A stretch of DNA of 64,000 bases from the human T2T-CHM13v2.0 reference genome, Homo sapiens. The translations under genes were made by a program, and so were the position numbers. The notes under the pieces were generated by a model that was not told where the DNA came from, ran no database searches, and saw only the letters and a program-made list of their open reading frames with translations. Location: NCBI RefSeq assembly GCF_009914755.1, contig NC_060927.1. The stretch is one strand, 5' to 3'. Below are positions 12,580-29,922 of the stretch, one piece after another. The first letter of the stretch is position 1, and the number at the start of each line of letters is the position of its first letter.

Positions 12580-13200
12580 AGCTATTAGCATGACTAAAGT
12601 AGGTGAGACATGGCTTAGCAGCTGCTATTACTTAAAAAGCAAAAGGAGCCTTAGAGATTTTAGTTGACAAAAAGCTCAATATGAGTCAATAATATTTGTT
12701 GACACCTTTTAGAAAAAGTGCCTCTTTGAGAGCAGAGAAAAAAAATCTACTTTTGCTATCACCATACCAGCACACCAATTAGAAACAGTAACTTTGTGTT
12801 GCATGAATAAACAGTAATACTAACAAAAAAGAAGATGTTGAGAGAAGATGTTGACATGATAGTGTATATTTTGCAGGGAAATACCATCTGATTAGGATAA
12901 TGAGGTGATTATCAGATAACTAAAGGATTGTCAAATAGAAGATGGGTTAGGACTGTTCTGTGTGGTTCAAGGAAACAGAATCATATCAATTTGGTAAAAG
13001 TTGTAGGCAGATCAATTTGGACCTAAAATAAGATATTTTTCACATTTTTTAAGAAATAAAAATGGAATGACCTGTTTTTATGATATTCAAGGACTCGAAC
13101 ACTACTTATCAGAAATATAGTTGGTTATATTAACCATAAACAAAATGAGCAAGATGACATTTAAGTGTCCTTACAAACTGGGGGTCCCAGGATTTCATGG
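12580..13200 (+). mobile_element. L3/CR1 LINE fragment
   Basis: ttttagttgacaaaaagctcaatatgagtcaa and agaagatgggttaggactgttctgtgtggttc are CR1 RT/3' motifs. Confidence 0.7.
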
Positions 13201-13239
13201 TTAAGAAGGGTCAAGTTGGATCATCATCTTCCTTAATTC

Positions 13240-14100
13240 TACTACAACTTAAAGTTCTCTTTATTGTTGACATAACTATGTCAGACTATTGATTTGAGCT
13301 GAAATTGCAGTCAACTCAAAAGCCAATTTTTTTACACATACCTATGCTAAGCTTGACATACATTCTATTTGTCATTATTCTAAATTCCTGAAAACTTAAA
13401 ATTTCAAGTCTCCTATTCAGCATGTGATGTGCTTATCCACATTCCTGTTACACACATCATCTCTGTGTTTAATATTCCCATACAATCCATTGACAGAAAC
13501 ATTGATCCTTATAACATGCCTTAAGAAATTTCCTCCAGGTAAACTCAGCTTTATTAACATTCTATTCATTGTTCTCTGTCTGTCATCAATGGTATCATGG
13601 CATATATTCTCCAATATTTTGCTACTCCATTCTTCTAATTAATAGTCTTTTAAAATGGTCAAGAAAGTATAAGTTTAATTTCACATAACATAATTTTTGG
13701 TGACTCTATCCTGGTTCATGGTGATCACCACTTTCTTTTCTCACAATCAAGTTAGCAATTTTGTCTATAATATTTTTCAAGAATTGACAACAGGCCCTAC
13801 ATTTTATGGTTAGAACATCCAACTCCTTACTCTTTTTACAAAACTAGGGCTGAATTTTCCCATATTTAGTCCTCGGGTCCATTATCCTTGATCTTTCAAA
13901 AAATCCCAAGTAAGTGTCATTGATTTTATCAGCAGGCAGTGGGGCATATTTCACCTGGCCAACAGCAATTGACCTCACTTAAGTTAGTCAGATGGTGTCA
14001 TGATTTCTATGTTTTGAGCTTCATCTTTTGCAATCTTGAAATCTTTCTCCTTTACCCAGCTGACAATTGCAAAATAGGAAAAATGTGATACCATTCTTTT
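13240..14100 (-). mobile_element. L3/CR1 LINE fragment (RT region)
   Basis: gcagtcaactcaaaagcc; ttttggtgactctatcctggttcatggtgatcacc. Confidence 0.55.
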
Positions 14101-17100
14101 CGTCTGGGTCTAACTCTTCCTTATTCTTTCACTTAATATGAATAAAACTAATATATACAATTTTTTTGTCCTTAGAAATTATTCCCAGAGTTGACCTAAT
14201 TCTATAGCAAGACTTCAAAACACTATTGTGGAGGTTTGTGCTATGTTTAAATATTTTTCCTTTATCATATCTACTTCTTAATTTGCTTGTTCTACAAAAA
14301 CATGTGCTTTTTTTTTTTTTAATTCATGAGGAATGTTATCCAATTTGCATTTGTTCTCTCAGAGGTTAGTTAAAATAACAGCAACAACAACAGAAGGAAG
14401 AAAGAACAGAGGATTTTATTTGATTCATTAATTATTTATTCACACAAATTAATCATTTAGTGGATGTCCTTTTAAAAGAAATAATCATTTTGCAAACCAG
14501 TATTAACACTTATATAATGTCACACAGGTGACTCCTGCTCACCTCCTCTAGATTATGATTACTAGCAAAGAGCTCAAATCAGCAGAGTGAGAGGCAATAC
14601 AAGAAATTTGTCTTTGTTTTCCTGTATTTTGAAGCAAAAACTCGACATGTTGCTACAACATAAAGGACATTCCTCATATTACTTTTATAGTCATATCCAA
14701 TAGCAAATAAAAGTTGTTTGGGGGCACAAACCAGTGATCAAGAAGTAGAGAAGTAGATATTGAACCCGTAATAAGTTCAAGGCAGTTTCTAGTCCTGTGG
14801 GAAATTCATAGATATATAAGTTCCAGTGAGTTAATGACACCAGAAGCTAATGATAAGCCATCCAACATCTTTGTTCCATGTAACCTCAGACTAAATTTAG
14901 TCGCTTTTTAAAATGCATCTGTCAGAGTAATTTAACATGTGATTGGTAAACAGAGAGGGGCCTATTGCAGATTCAGAATAAATCAGTAACAATATTGGAC
15001 AATAGTCCCCACTATGTTTCAAAAGAATGTCAGTAGTTTGCATTTAACAAACTACTGATTTTGGACAACAGCACCTACTCTCTGCTATCTGCAATCACAG
15101 AAGTCAATAGAGAAAATGGCACAGGCTATGAAAAGACTAGTTATAATAGGAGGCCCACTGCTATGCTGGGGCACAGCCACAGAGCAACTGATTGCACAAG
15201 ATCATCTATTCAGCCTTTAATGAGCTGTTGTTAGCGCTTCGTTCAACCTTCCACTAGTCACCAATTATGTTTACAGTTAGCGGTTTGAGTACATATTTAC
15301 TTCTCTAGAGAGAGGGTTCATGTGCAGAATGGTGGTGAACAGTTCACAGTATGGCCCTCATGCCCTCAATGTGCAGACTCCAGGAGACCCTGCAGTATAG
15401 TTAGATTTTCACTAGAAAAAAAGGGAAAGAAAAAAAGAAGGAAAAACAATATGGGGAAGAAGGCTGGAAAGCAGAGCAGAGTAGGAGTGGAGGGTGTGCA
15501 CTGCCTTTGCTGTCCCTAACAGGAAATTACAAATCCAAAAGGCTTGCCCTGTGACTAAAGAAGCATTTGTTCCTGACCATTAAACCTGGCTTGCTCACCA
15601 GAAGGATTTTACAGTCCCTTTGACCATGTTGAAAATTTGAGGATGGAGATAATCCCTTTCACTCCTGTTTTTGTTAGTTTGCAAAACCGTTTGAGAGATT
15701 GAACCTTGGGCATTTGTCAGCGAGGTCTAATGCACATTTTGCTCTCTTTCAATGGGTATTCAGCAGATTTCAGATCTATAAAAATTCTACTTAGTTGTTG
15801 CCTATTTTCTGATCTATGGGGGCTGGGCAGCTCAGCGTTATCTGAGAGGTGCCAGCTGTTGCTATTACAGACAGCATTCAATGGTTCATTTATCTGAATA
15901 TGTACTGTTACTCCGCAAGATCTCAAGGAAGGAGACTTTGTTGTAATGGTGATGTACTTCTTTTTTGATGGAGCTCTTGAATAAATATCTTTCATAAAAG
16001 GCTCTATGAGTGACTGGAAGCATTTCTTATACACATACTGACTTCAGCAGCTGAGAGATATATGAACACCCCTTGTATATCCTTACCCGTACCAAAAAAT
16101 ATATGTTGTTGAAATAGCAAATATCTTTCTAACTGTAGCATTGAATATTACTCAGGTTATGTAAGTTAAAAGCAATAACTACATTCATTAATCTGACTGC
16201 AAATAACAAGTTCAATTATTAGATGACTTACAGAATGTGGAACAGAATGTACAAAGCTGATTCAAAAGTATGTGGACTTCATTAAAGCCATTTAGTGTGT
16301 TTTAATTAGTAAATTACAGTCTTCTGACCTCATGAATGTTAGAATTTAATACACTTGCTTTTCACAGCAGGGGCCTGAGTTTAATCATCACTTTCATTTA
16401 AACTAACACAAGAAATCAAGGCCTAGGGTTTACTTAAGTCACCAAATATTTTTGCTTTAATTCATAAAGTGGAAGTTCTTTAGTCATGCAAATAGTTCTT
16501 TATTCATAAAATAGCTATTCTCCCCTCTCATGGATCTTAGCTATTGTCTAATAATTGTCTCTAACACCTATGCCTGTAGATTTAAACATCCTTAGACACT
16601 TGGTTTAAAGAAACTTTCAAAAGTTTCAGAATAGGGGGTTATGATTGTGGCATTTTTATAATAAATGTCTGCTTCAGGTGAAATCATTCAAATATCAACT
16701 ACACAGCAGCAGAAAGAAAAGTGAAAATGATGTTTCTATTATCAATAATAAAAGGCTGGCCAGAGAAAAAGCTAGAGTGGGGAAAAGGAGTTGAAGTCTG
16801 AATGGGGCTGAGGGCCAAGGAAGAGTTTGGTAAGTGATGCGCAGTGATAGGAGTCAGGGTTATCAAGATGCAGTGAAACAAGAAATACAGCTACCCACCT
16901 GAAGGGCTGGAAAATGCCCTATGAGAGGACAAGCAGTTTTAACTTGACCCTGAAATGTTAGAAGCAAGTTTTAAAACAGTAAATACAAAATTATGAGGAT
17001 GTAATGGCATAATAAAAACTACTAATTTAGAAAGAAGAAAAACCTGCTGAATAGGCAAAAATCTAAATTGCTAAATATATTATAGAAATGTCATTTCACT

Positions 17101-17399
17101 ACCTTAGCATATGCAAAGTAAACTATCTTTGGCTAATAATAGTGTTCCCAGGTGGTGCCTTACTGGATCCGTTTTAAGAATTGGATGAGACATTTCACAG
17201 AATCTCAGATGAGGGAGGGGACATAGCCACTCCCTGTTTTCCATTCTGAACTTGTGCTTATAGAACTGTTTGCCACAGCCCATTTTAAACCCTATTATTT
17301 CAAAATCCTTTCTTATATTAAGCAAAGATAAACCCCTAGGATACACAGCAGAAATTCAGTCATTGGTATGAAGAATCTTACTTTAAATGAGGAAAACAG

Positions 17400-17680
17400 A
17401 AAAGTGATAGAATTTATGACCATGAGAGAAATGATGCACAGAGTGCCCTGGGTTACAGAAAAGGGACATTTATGTATCTCAATCTGAGCAGTCATGGAAA
17501 GGACATAGTAAGAAGAGGTTTTCTGGGGATGACAACATGTGAGCCGAACTTTTAAGAATGTGTAGAGGTTAACCCAGTACAAGAAGCAGGAATGAGTGTC
17601 CCAACAAGGAAAATAATATATTCAGAGGCCTAGAGATCAGAGGGAGATTGTTGTGGTGAGTGAACATATAATGTACTACT
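17400..17680 (-). mobile_element. L2 fragment
   Basis: Purine-rich antisense L2 body: tgagccgaactttaagaatg..gtcccaacaaggaaaata..agaggcctaga. Confidence 0.55.
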
Positions 17681-18414
17681 CTAAACAGGGAGGCCAGATA
17701 CCTTTCTGAAAATGCTTCTGCTTTTTAAATACAAAAATATCTATTATGGCTCGTCCATGCATGAGCTCCTTCTCTTCCCTCAAGTCGCTAAGAATTGGAG
17801 GTAGGAGCAGGGTGGAGGAGAGCCAGGGAAATCTGACATTGCTATTGAACCTTGAGTGAACACGATACTTGGCATGTCGCTGGACTTGTCCGTAAAGACC
17901 AAAACCCAGGAACTTGACCAACTTTCCTCAAAGGAGCAGGTCCTCAACTCTCTGTCACTTCTTCATTATAATGCAGTCCATAGAACCCTGTGCTCGCCAC
18001 TCCACAAACTCTGGTAGCCACTTGCTTCTCAATACACGAAGAGGGTTGACTAGGCACATGTTTCTTTTTAAATGAGACACCCAAAAGTGACACAAGACTC
18101 CAGCCACAATGAGACCAGCAATTAGTTGGAGAACAAAATAATAAGAATGTACTTATATTTGTCTCCAGTGTTTTCTTTTTACCTTTTAAATTTATCTGAT
18201 CTATCTGGTCTTGACCTCAGGCCTACCTAACTTATTCCTTACCTGCAGTCTAAGCAAATTCTTCTGTACTAAGATGGTTTTGTTTCTGCTTCTGATCAGG
18301 TCTGACATAAACTCTTGAGGCATACATTATTATTTTAGTTTTAGGCTTTAAACGTTGTAAATGCCAAGATATTTTGGGGCTTTTTCTCATCCCTAGTCTT
18401 GCAATACACTCTAC

Positions 18415-18676
18415 TATTAATAGACAGAAAACACACTGAGGGCATACTATGTGCCGGGCACCCTTCTAGGTGCTTTCCACGTACAAACGCATTCATTTCT
18501 GATAATCACCTAAAATTTATCTGCAATCGGTACCCATGCTTTAATATCTAAAAAGTAGTTTAAAAGCTAAGGAATGTGCAGAAAGTCACACAGCTAGTCA
18601 GTGGTGGAGCTGGGGTGCACATCCAAGCAATCTGGTTTCACTGCCTGTACTGTTAATCATGACACTGCACTGCCTC
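18415..18676 (-). mobile_element. MIR SINE
   Basis: tactatgtgccgggcac..aagtcacacagctagtcagtggtggagctggg..ctgcactgcctc. Confidence 0.8.
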
Positions 18677-21407
18677 GGCCACTTTTCACTGCACTTAAGT
18701 GTACTAAATTGAGCTTGTATAATTTAGAAAGACTATTCATTTGTTCTCTCCACTTAGGACATTTATTGTAACAATTAATTGATTAATAAATATTTAATGA
18801 GCAACATCTATGTGCCAGGCTCATAGATACATGGGGAGAGAAATCACATGGTTGATGTTTTTATGCAGATTAAATTCTTATGGCAGTAATTGAAATGAAA
18901 GAAGATCATGTGAGTTGGGATGTATAAGAAATCCAAAGCTCATCAGATTCAATGTACACAAAGCAGAAAAATAAGGCTCAAATAAAATTTGTTAGAAATA
19001 TGTACACACACACAACTGATCTAAAGTTATAAACAGACCAGTAGAAAATGAGAACTAAAATCAGGTCTCTATTTCACTAATCATTACTTACACACTGTGA
19101 AGAGCATAAACAATGTCTTTATTAAAGAAGAGCTTCTGTGTATGGTCTCAGCTATACAAATATATAAAAAATACTCAAAAGAAGATTAGAATTGAGGTGT
19201 CAAAATACTCTCAATGTTTGCTTTCTATATTTAAATAATTTTAAAAGCTATCTCTTATCCTCTCAAAAATATCTATATTAAGAATATACTAGTAGAATGA
19301 AAGTATAAACTGAAAAAATTTGCCTCAAAAAAGAAAAACAACTGAATGCTTAGAAACACTATGTGTGCCATTACAAAATTTCTTCGAGTTTGATTTCATG
19401 CTCTACTCAAGTTCCTCTAAAGTTGGAGCCCCCCTATTATCTTTTGGCTCACTCTAGAACATCTGAGAAATGCAAGGGATTTCTCAGACTACACCTACGT
19501 GACATCCATGATTCAAGCTGACTGTAGGAAAATGAAAGTGATTCCATATTTAGGAGCTCAGCTTTGCAGGGTTTCTCCTGAATAATGGCTTTAAATTATG
19601 CCACATGCTATGGAGAGCTTGCTTTTTCTTAAGAAAAGATGACTTATCAAACTGTGCTATCTCTTTAGTAAACTGACTAGGCAAAAGAACTCAACAAGGA
19701 TAAAAATAGTTTCAGGGCTGGAAAGACCACACATATCTCACAAATTCGTGGAAAACTATGTGTCCTCATATTATTTAAAGAAGAATTGGCATTAGATCAA
19801 TTAGATCGTCTCTCACTTTTTCTTTAGGGTTCAGAAATTGTTCTAGGGGCACGAAACACTTTACTTAGAAATCTTTTAATTCAATCTTGTAAAAAAAAAT
19901 TAAAACATAGTTTTAACTCTTTGGCTTTCACTTAAGCTTAAATTACAATATCTACAGTACTTAGCAACTACTCATTTATTGCCTTAGCAAATGAGATGTA
20001 ATAGATTTGCTAGGTAAATAAGAGAAAGTAGAAAAAGATAAGTTTTATAAAGAAATTATTTTATATAAAATTATTGTAAAAAATATTGGTTTTAGGGCAT
20101 CAAAACCAACCAAGCAACTCTAGCTCTAGTGAACTAAGCATTCTAAATCTGTGTTTATTTATTCAAAAAAATTGACAATCTCCCAAAATATTTCATATAG
20201 AATAATTTGTAACAATAGTCTATGACATAAGCAACATGAGAGTTATCCTGAGCCTATGTACCTCATGGAGTGGTTGTGAGAATTAACGGAGTTGTTCCAA
20301 GTAAAGTGCTTTCCTGCTGTTTTGTTATATATTTTTAGACAATAAAGCAATATGCTAAAAGAAACGTGATTCAGAATGATGATCATGGGCCTTGTCAGGA
20401 TAATTATTAATCACAAATATCTATTGGCCTGTCTTGAGGAGCTGCAAGACCAAAGATTTAATTATGCTCATTATGCTACTTGGTACACTATGTACCTTGA
20501 CTAACTTAGAAAAGCATTTTTAATAACAAAAGTTGGAACACAAATAATATTCCCATAAAGTTTAATTCACCTTAAGCAAAATCAGTTGCCCAAGATTTAA
20601 CATGAGCTCTGAAAATCCATTCTCCACAATAAGATACAATAACGCTTTTAAGACTCAAATGGAATCTTCTAACCCACTGATTAAACATTTCACAGCTTGC
20701 CATTCGTTTTAGGTTAATGCTCTAAGACTTTACTGGGTTCTACAATGCCCTGCCTGGTCTGTAACCTAAATTCTTTAGCCTCACCTAAAGGCATGCCCTC
20801 CCTCCCATCTGCATTCAGCTCCACTGGGCTCTTTTCAGCTTTTCAAGCACACCTTGCTCCCTTCTTCTCCAAGGCCTTCACACATATCCTTCCCCCATCC
20901 CTACTCATTTTGCTTAGTCATTTTATTGATAACCTCAAAGAGGTCTCCAAAGTAGGATGTGAGCATTCTTTGAGGAATATGAGACAATTCTTTTGGGGAC
21001 TGGAAAAAAACCTTAGAGCTTTTATTCTGCTTACTTTTACCTAAACTTAAAAGTAAATTATGCTTTAAAGATATTGAAATAGCCATCTAGGTAGGAGTGT
21101 ATACAATTTATGCATAAACATATACATATTTGGAGTATATTGTATAAAAAAGTTTGTAATCCACTGCTTCAGATCTCAGCTCCACTGTCATTTCTTCATG
21201 AATGTTTTGGGTTTTTTTTGTTTTTTGTTTTTTGTCTTTTATTTTTTTTATGTCAGACCAAGAGAAAATCTCACCTTGTAGACCCACATAACACCAGACA
21301 CTTCTGGGAAGCATTATGCTAGTTATAATCATTTATTTCTGAGACTATTTGATTAATGTCTGTTCTCATTCACTGGACTCTCTCATGAGGGCAGGTATTG
21401 AGGTCTG

Positions 21408-21727
<320 letters not shown>

Positions 21728-21815
21728 TGATCATGTTTTACCTTCATAATACCTAGCATGTTGCCTGGCTTATCACAAGTACTTGATAAGTATTTAATGT
21801 GATGTATACAAGAGG

Positions 21816-21847
<32 letters not shown>

Positions 21848-21894
21848 CTGTGTCTGTAAAACATACATACATATATATACATACATATGCATAT
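21816..21894. repeat. Imperfect (TG)n/(TA)n microsatellite
   Basis: Seen directly. Confidence 0.85.
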
Positions 21895-22639
21895 AAAAAT
21901 TAGCCAAGATGAAAGCTCTGTAAGTAGAGATTTGCATTTTTTTACCTCTATATTTCTAACCAAAGTACTTTCTCCACTTCTCTAGTTCCTTTTCCATTGA
22001 TTTCAGTTGACTATCTTTGTGTCATATGTTTATCTGCCACAGATTTGTTAGGACAAAGCTCAAATATCAGCTGGGTCCATGATGCCCACAGTAATTGCAA
22101 AACTGTTTGCTGTAAAACAGATTAAGAGGTCCTACTCAGCAAGCAGTGAGCCAAGTTCTTCCCTGGTTGCTTCAGGAACATGTGGCAGGGCTCTGTAATG
22201 TGATGGATAACATATGAAGTGCAAGGGGCCGCCCATATGCTGCTGCAATTTTCCTGTACAGGATGTGCTCTTTGGACTTAATAATGGTGATTTAGGACAC
22301 TGGTGAAAATTCCAGCTCTCTTTAGATCTCATTCAGAGTCCCCAGGCAGGGGGTGGCAAATGTATAATCCCACACTGCAGGAAAGGAAATGAAAGAAGGG
22401 GAAAAAGACCTCCAGGACTGACTTATATTAGAATTGATCAGATCAGCTTGTACTACCTGTTACAGAAAGGAACAGATATCACTGCTGAAATCCTAACGTT
22501 GAGTAAAATGCAGAAAGTCACATAAAATCCTTCTAATTTGGGGTGGGGTCAGAGGAAGGAATGCTATTTATTTCCATCTGAACACTTATTGATACATATA
22601 ACCAACAATTAAATTAACAAAACACATATTTGGGATTAG

Positions 22640-23457
22640 GTGAACAGCATGACATGGTGAACAGCAGTGTACATAGGAGGATGCCTGGATGTCGGTGGAC
22701 AGAAAGTGTGATGTGATGGTGATATTGCTACTAAATGGTATGAATTAAGTCAGGCTTTATTGATAGGAAAAATGGTTCAAAGTGCTACATTTTTTCTGTG
22801 TCTCAATACTACATTCAACAGTATTAATCTTCTACACAGTGACCAACACAGAATGCTACATTTTAAAAAGATGCAAGCCAACCAAAAACTTGACAGAAGA
22901 GAGGACCAGTATGATGAGATGACACAATACCATACCTGAAATGAAATGGTTTACAAAAAAGCAAATCATAATCAGGACATAATCACAGGAAAAGAAGGCT
23001 CTGGAAAAATGTGGTAGGTTGTCTTAAGTAGAAAAATGTGTCGTGTGAAAGGAGCATCATCAGGTAGAGAATGAGGCATATTCTTTAGATGCTTAATGAG
23101 CAGCACTGGGACCTGTGGATAGATGCTTCCAAGATGAGTTTAACTTCATATAAGGAAGGATATTCTAAGGACTCTAATGATTGAGTAGGCAGTCTCAGGA
23201 AGGAGGTTATATGCGGAGCACTGGAGGTGATCAATCTTAGCCCAGATTAGTGGTTTTCAAATACTTTGGATTATTAGAATCACCTGGGGGAACTTCCTAA
23301 CCAGGCCCAGACCCAAGTACCAGGGTGGTTCTAACGACTAGGCAAGTTGTGGGGACCCAGTGCTAGATGATCATTCTGTGATTGTACAGACATAATTCAA
23401 GCAGGGAGGGGAAGCTGATTTCTAAGAGTCCCTTTATCACTGAGACTGTGATTCTGT
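22640..23457 (+). mobile_element. L3/CR1 LINE 3' region interrupted by a MER5-like element (~23248-23361)
   Basis: agaagagaggaccagtatgatgag, atataaggaaggatattctaa, cactggaggtgatcaa, terminal gactgtgattctgt; MER5 motif tagtggttttcaaa..attagaatcacctgggg. Confidence 0.65.
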
Positions 23458-23799
23458 CTTTCTCCATAACTTATAGGGATAGTAATACTAAAGGAACTGA
23501 AAAAAAGGAAAAGGGGCATTTCTGAAGTTGAAGAAGATTTCAGTGGAAATGTTAGTTTCCTCAGGCGCTCCTATGTTCATTACTTTCTTCTCTGGTTATG
23601 TTCCCTAATGCTGCAATCATTGGTAACAAGGAGGAATAAAGATCCTTGCTAATCAGTTCATCCAAATCATGTGGTAATTACTCTCCTTATGAGAATTACA
23701 TTATGACTCCAAAATACATGGCAAAAATATATTTCAAAAAAAATAGAGAAGAAAACGTAAAACAGAAATAAGTAAGGAAAGAACTACTTTAAATAAGAT

Positions 23800-26874
<3,075 letters not shown>

Positions 26875-26954
26875 TTTGGAATATATTTGGCAACACTTGA
26901 TGACTGGTATGTGAATATGTAATGGATGTGAGGACATACTCTATGAAGCAGTCT

Positions 26955-27110
26955 GAAACTTCATTGCACATAAAGAACATTTAAGAAGTTTGTTTACATG
27001 CATATTTTAAGGCTACACCTTAGAGATTCTGATTTAGTAGGTCTTGAATGAGGCCAGAAATCTGCATTTTGAATAAGCAGAAGGAGCAATTCTACACACT
27101 GCATTTAGAA
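26955..27110. mobile_element. MER5A-like fragment
   Basis: agagattctgatttagtaggtct..gaaatctgcattttgaataagc. Confidence 0.7.
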
Positions 27111-27123
27111 AAAATAATACTTT

Positions 27124-27333
27124 ACATTGTTTTCCAATAAAAATTTTTGCAATGATGGAAATGTTCTACATATGTGCTATTCAATGAGATAGTCTCCAGC
27201 CACGTGGGGCTATGCAATACTTAAAAAGTAGCTAGTGCAAGTGAAGAACTGAGTTTTCAATTTTATTAATTTTAATTATTTTAAGTGTGAATGGTCACAT
27301 GTGGCTAGTGGCTGCCACATTATAGAGTTTAGC
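27124..27333 (+). mobile_element. MER3 hAT-Charlie DNA transposon
   Basis: tccaataaaaatttttgcaatgatggaaatgttcta..gaactgagttttcaattttatt..cacatgtggctagtggct. Confidence 0.85.
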
Positions 27334-28764
27334 TTCAGAATATACTGTATTTTTTTAGGGACAAGAAGCATGCAAAGGTTTTTGCATTGTACCCACCACA
27401 GTGAGGAAGCAAGAGAAGCTATACATATCTCCAAAATAGCATGAAATAACACTTTCTGCAGAGTGTTTCCATCCAATCCATGAGTGAATATAGCAAGATG
27501 ATTTTACATTAGTATTCAGAATTATCAGAGTAAACATGTTTATTCCTATACTAGTCTGTAAATAGCGAGTAATATTATAGTCATAGTGTGAACTAAATGT
27601 GCCATCTGTGGTTAACTCCATTTATTTGTACTTGAAATGACTGAATACTGAGCAGTGGGTATGCCATTAGATGATGTGGCAGCCTCACCTGTTAGCTCTA
27701 TGACTGTTCTGCCTGTGGCTGATCAGATCAGGTACATAAGCCTGGACTAAGTGTTAGAAATGGCTATGTTGTAGGCTTCAAGAGCTCCCCAGATCCACTG
27801 ACCTCCCTGTTCTAAGCAAACAGGAGGAATGCTGACTGCCAAGAAAGTCACAAAAGAAACTGAGGTTCCAAACTGTCTACAGATGGGCTTAGTGCCAATA
27901 AATATTCTAAATCAAAGCATCAATATGTAGTATCCATGCACCAAAAAAGATGACACAGCAGTTCTTCTTCCAAAAAAAAGTTGGATTCCTATGTCAGGCT
28001 TAGTGGGAATAAGAAGCCTCACATTCATTGGATCTGTGCTGGGAAGCATTTAGATAAATGCTAGAAAACGCAGAGACAAAAACACACACATATACACGTA
28101 GATTCAATAGATGGAGGTTGGCAGGCAAGGGTGGGGAATAGCGGATTTGAATGCAGAAATGAGAGTACATAATCATGTCAAAATAACTCACCCCCAAGCA
28201 GAAAAGAAAATGAAAGGGAAGTAGGGCAGGAAAGAAAGAACATTAATGGATCCACCGCCTCCTTTACCCCTAGAGACAAAGGTTCTTTCTGCACATTCAC
28301 ATTAGCATTTTGGCATATGAAAATGAATTCTAGTGCTAGTCTATAATAAATTACTGCTCTCCAAACTAAAATCTTAGGCAAGCTTATGTGGCTGGTAATA
28401 AGTGGTCTTAGAGAATTGTTTTTAGAAATTCTATGTTTGGCAGTACACATGCCTTGTGCATGGTTTGGTGTTGGTGAAATTTCATATCCTGCACAGCTTG
28501 GTGAAGTCACCTTGTTCCTGGGAGAAACTCCCCTAGAAAACCAGTTCTGGCCAGAAAACAGGAAGAGGGAGGGATTCTGGAACCAACACCTCTAAATCTT
28601 TTTCTGATGATGTTAGGATATAGTGAGGACTCAGCACATACATTTGTTTCTTAAGACTCACTTTGTTATCAGAGTTGGGAAACTATTCCCTATTAAAATG
28701 TTTCATTAAGCGATCCTCCACATATTATTTTTATAAACACAACTTTGTTTTTCTGTCTATACAG

Positions 28765-28952
28765 GTGTGTGTGTGTGAATATGTGTATGAATGTGTATGT
28801 TTTATATGTGCGTGTGAGTGTGTGTGTACATTATATATATATATATAGTGGCTCTTCACTGGTTCTCTCTCTCTCTCTCTCTATATATATATAAAGTGAA
28901 AGCAAAGTGTGTGAGAGTGTGTGTGTATATATACATATCGTATACACACACT

Positions 28953-28989
<37 letters not shown>
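28765..28989. repeat. Compound microsatellite cluster (TG)n/(TA)n/(CT)n/(TA)n/(TG)n/(CA)n
   Basis: Seen directly; the pure (CA) run is at ~28956-28989. Confidence 0.9.
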
Positions 28990-28991
<2 letters not shown>

Positions 28992-29256
28992 TGCTTTCCA
29001 AGGCAGTAATGTTCCTGGATGTCCCAGCCTTGATAAATATCTGTGACCTACAGTTCTGGAAGAAATTGTAGGCTTTGTTCTCCCTCTCAAGGTGCTCCTT
29101 GACAGGATCAATTTTGGTTGCCATGGCTTGACCTCCAGCCTACATGTTCCCCCATCCCAGGACCTGTTGCTTACTGTCCTCACTAGGAACACTAGAAAGA
29201 GCTTGGGAAAGAGGGGCAACAGCAAAATGAAAATAATTTTAAAAATGAAGAAGATC

Positions 29257-29922
29257 TTTTTTTTTAAATTTTATTATTATTATACTTTAAGTTTTAGGGT
29301 ACATGTGCACAACGTGCAGGTTTGTTACATATGTATACATGTGCCATGTTGGTGTGCTGCACCCATTAACTCGTCATTTAGCATTAGGTATATCTCCTAA
29401 TGCTATCCCTCCCCCCTCCCCCCACCCCACAACAGTCCCCAGTGTGTGATGTTCCCCTTCCTGTGTCTATGTGTTCTCATTGTTCAATTCCCACCTATGA
29501 GTGAGAACATGTGGTGTTTGGTTTTTTGTTCTTGTGATAGTTTGCTGAGAATGATGGTTTCCAGCTTCATCCAAGTCCCTACAAAGGACATGAACTCATC
29601 ATTTTTTATGGCTGCATAGTATTCCATGGTGTATATGTGCTACATTTTCTTAATCCAGTCTATCATTGTTGGACATTTGGGTTGGTTCCAAGTCTTTGCT
29701 ATTGTGAATAGTGCCGCAATAAACATACGTGTGCATGTGTCTTTATAGCAGCATGATTTATAATCCTTTGGGGTATATACCCAGTAATGGGATGGCTGGG
29801 TCAAATGGTATTTCTAGTTCTAGATCCCTGAGGAATCGCCACACTGAATTCCACGATGGTTGAACTAGTTTATAGTCCCACCAACAGTGTAAAAGTGTTC
29901 CTATTTCTCCACATCCTCTCCA
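29257..29922 (-). mobile_element. Young 5'-truncated L1PA (L1PA3-like) 3' end
   Basis: Near-consensus ttattattatactttaagttttagggtacatgtgcacaacgtgcaggtttgttac..ttagcattagg..ctatttctccacatcctctcca. Confidence 0.95.

Noticed and set aside
28663-29400. Overlapping ORFs of 61-114 aa
   Set aside because: They are open only because dinucleotide repeats lack stops, and the last one runs into the L1PA tail.
29408-29429. G-quadruplex-forming tract on the - strand
   Set aside because: This is the standard, well-described G-rich tract of the L1 3'UTR.
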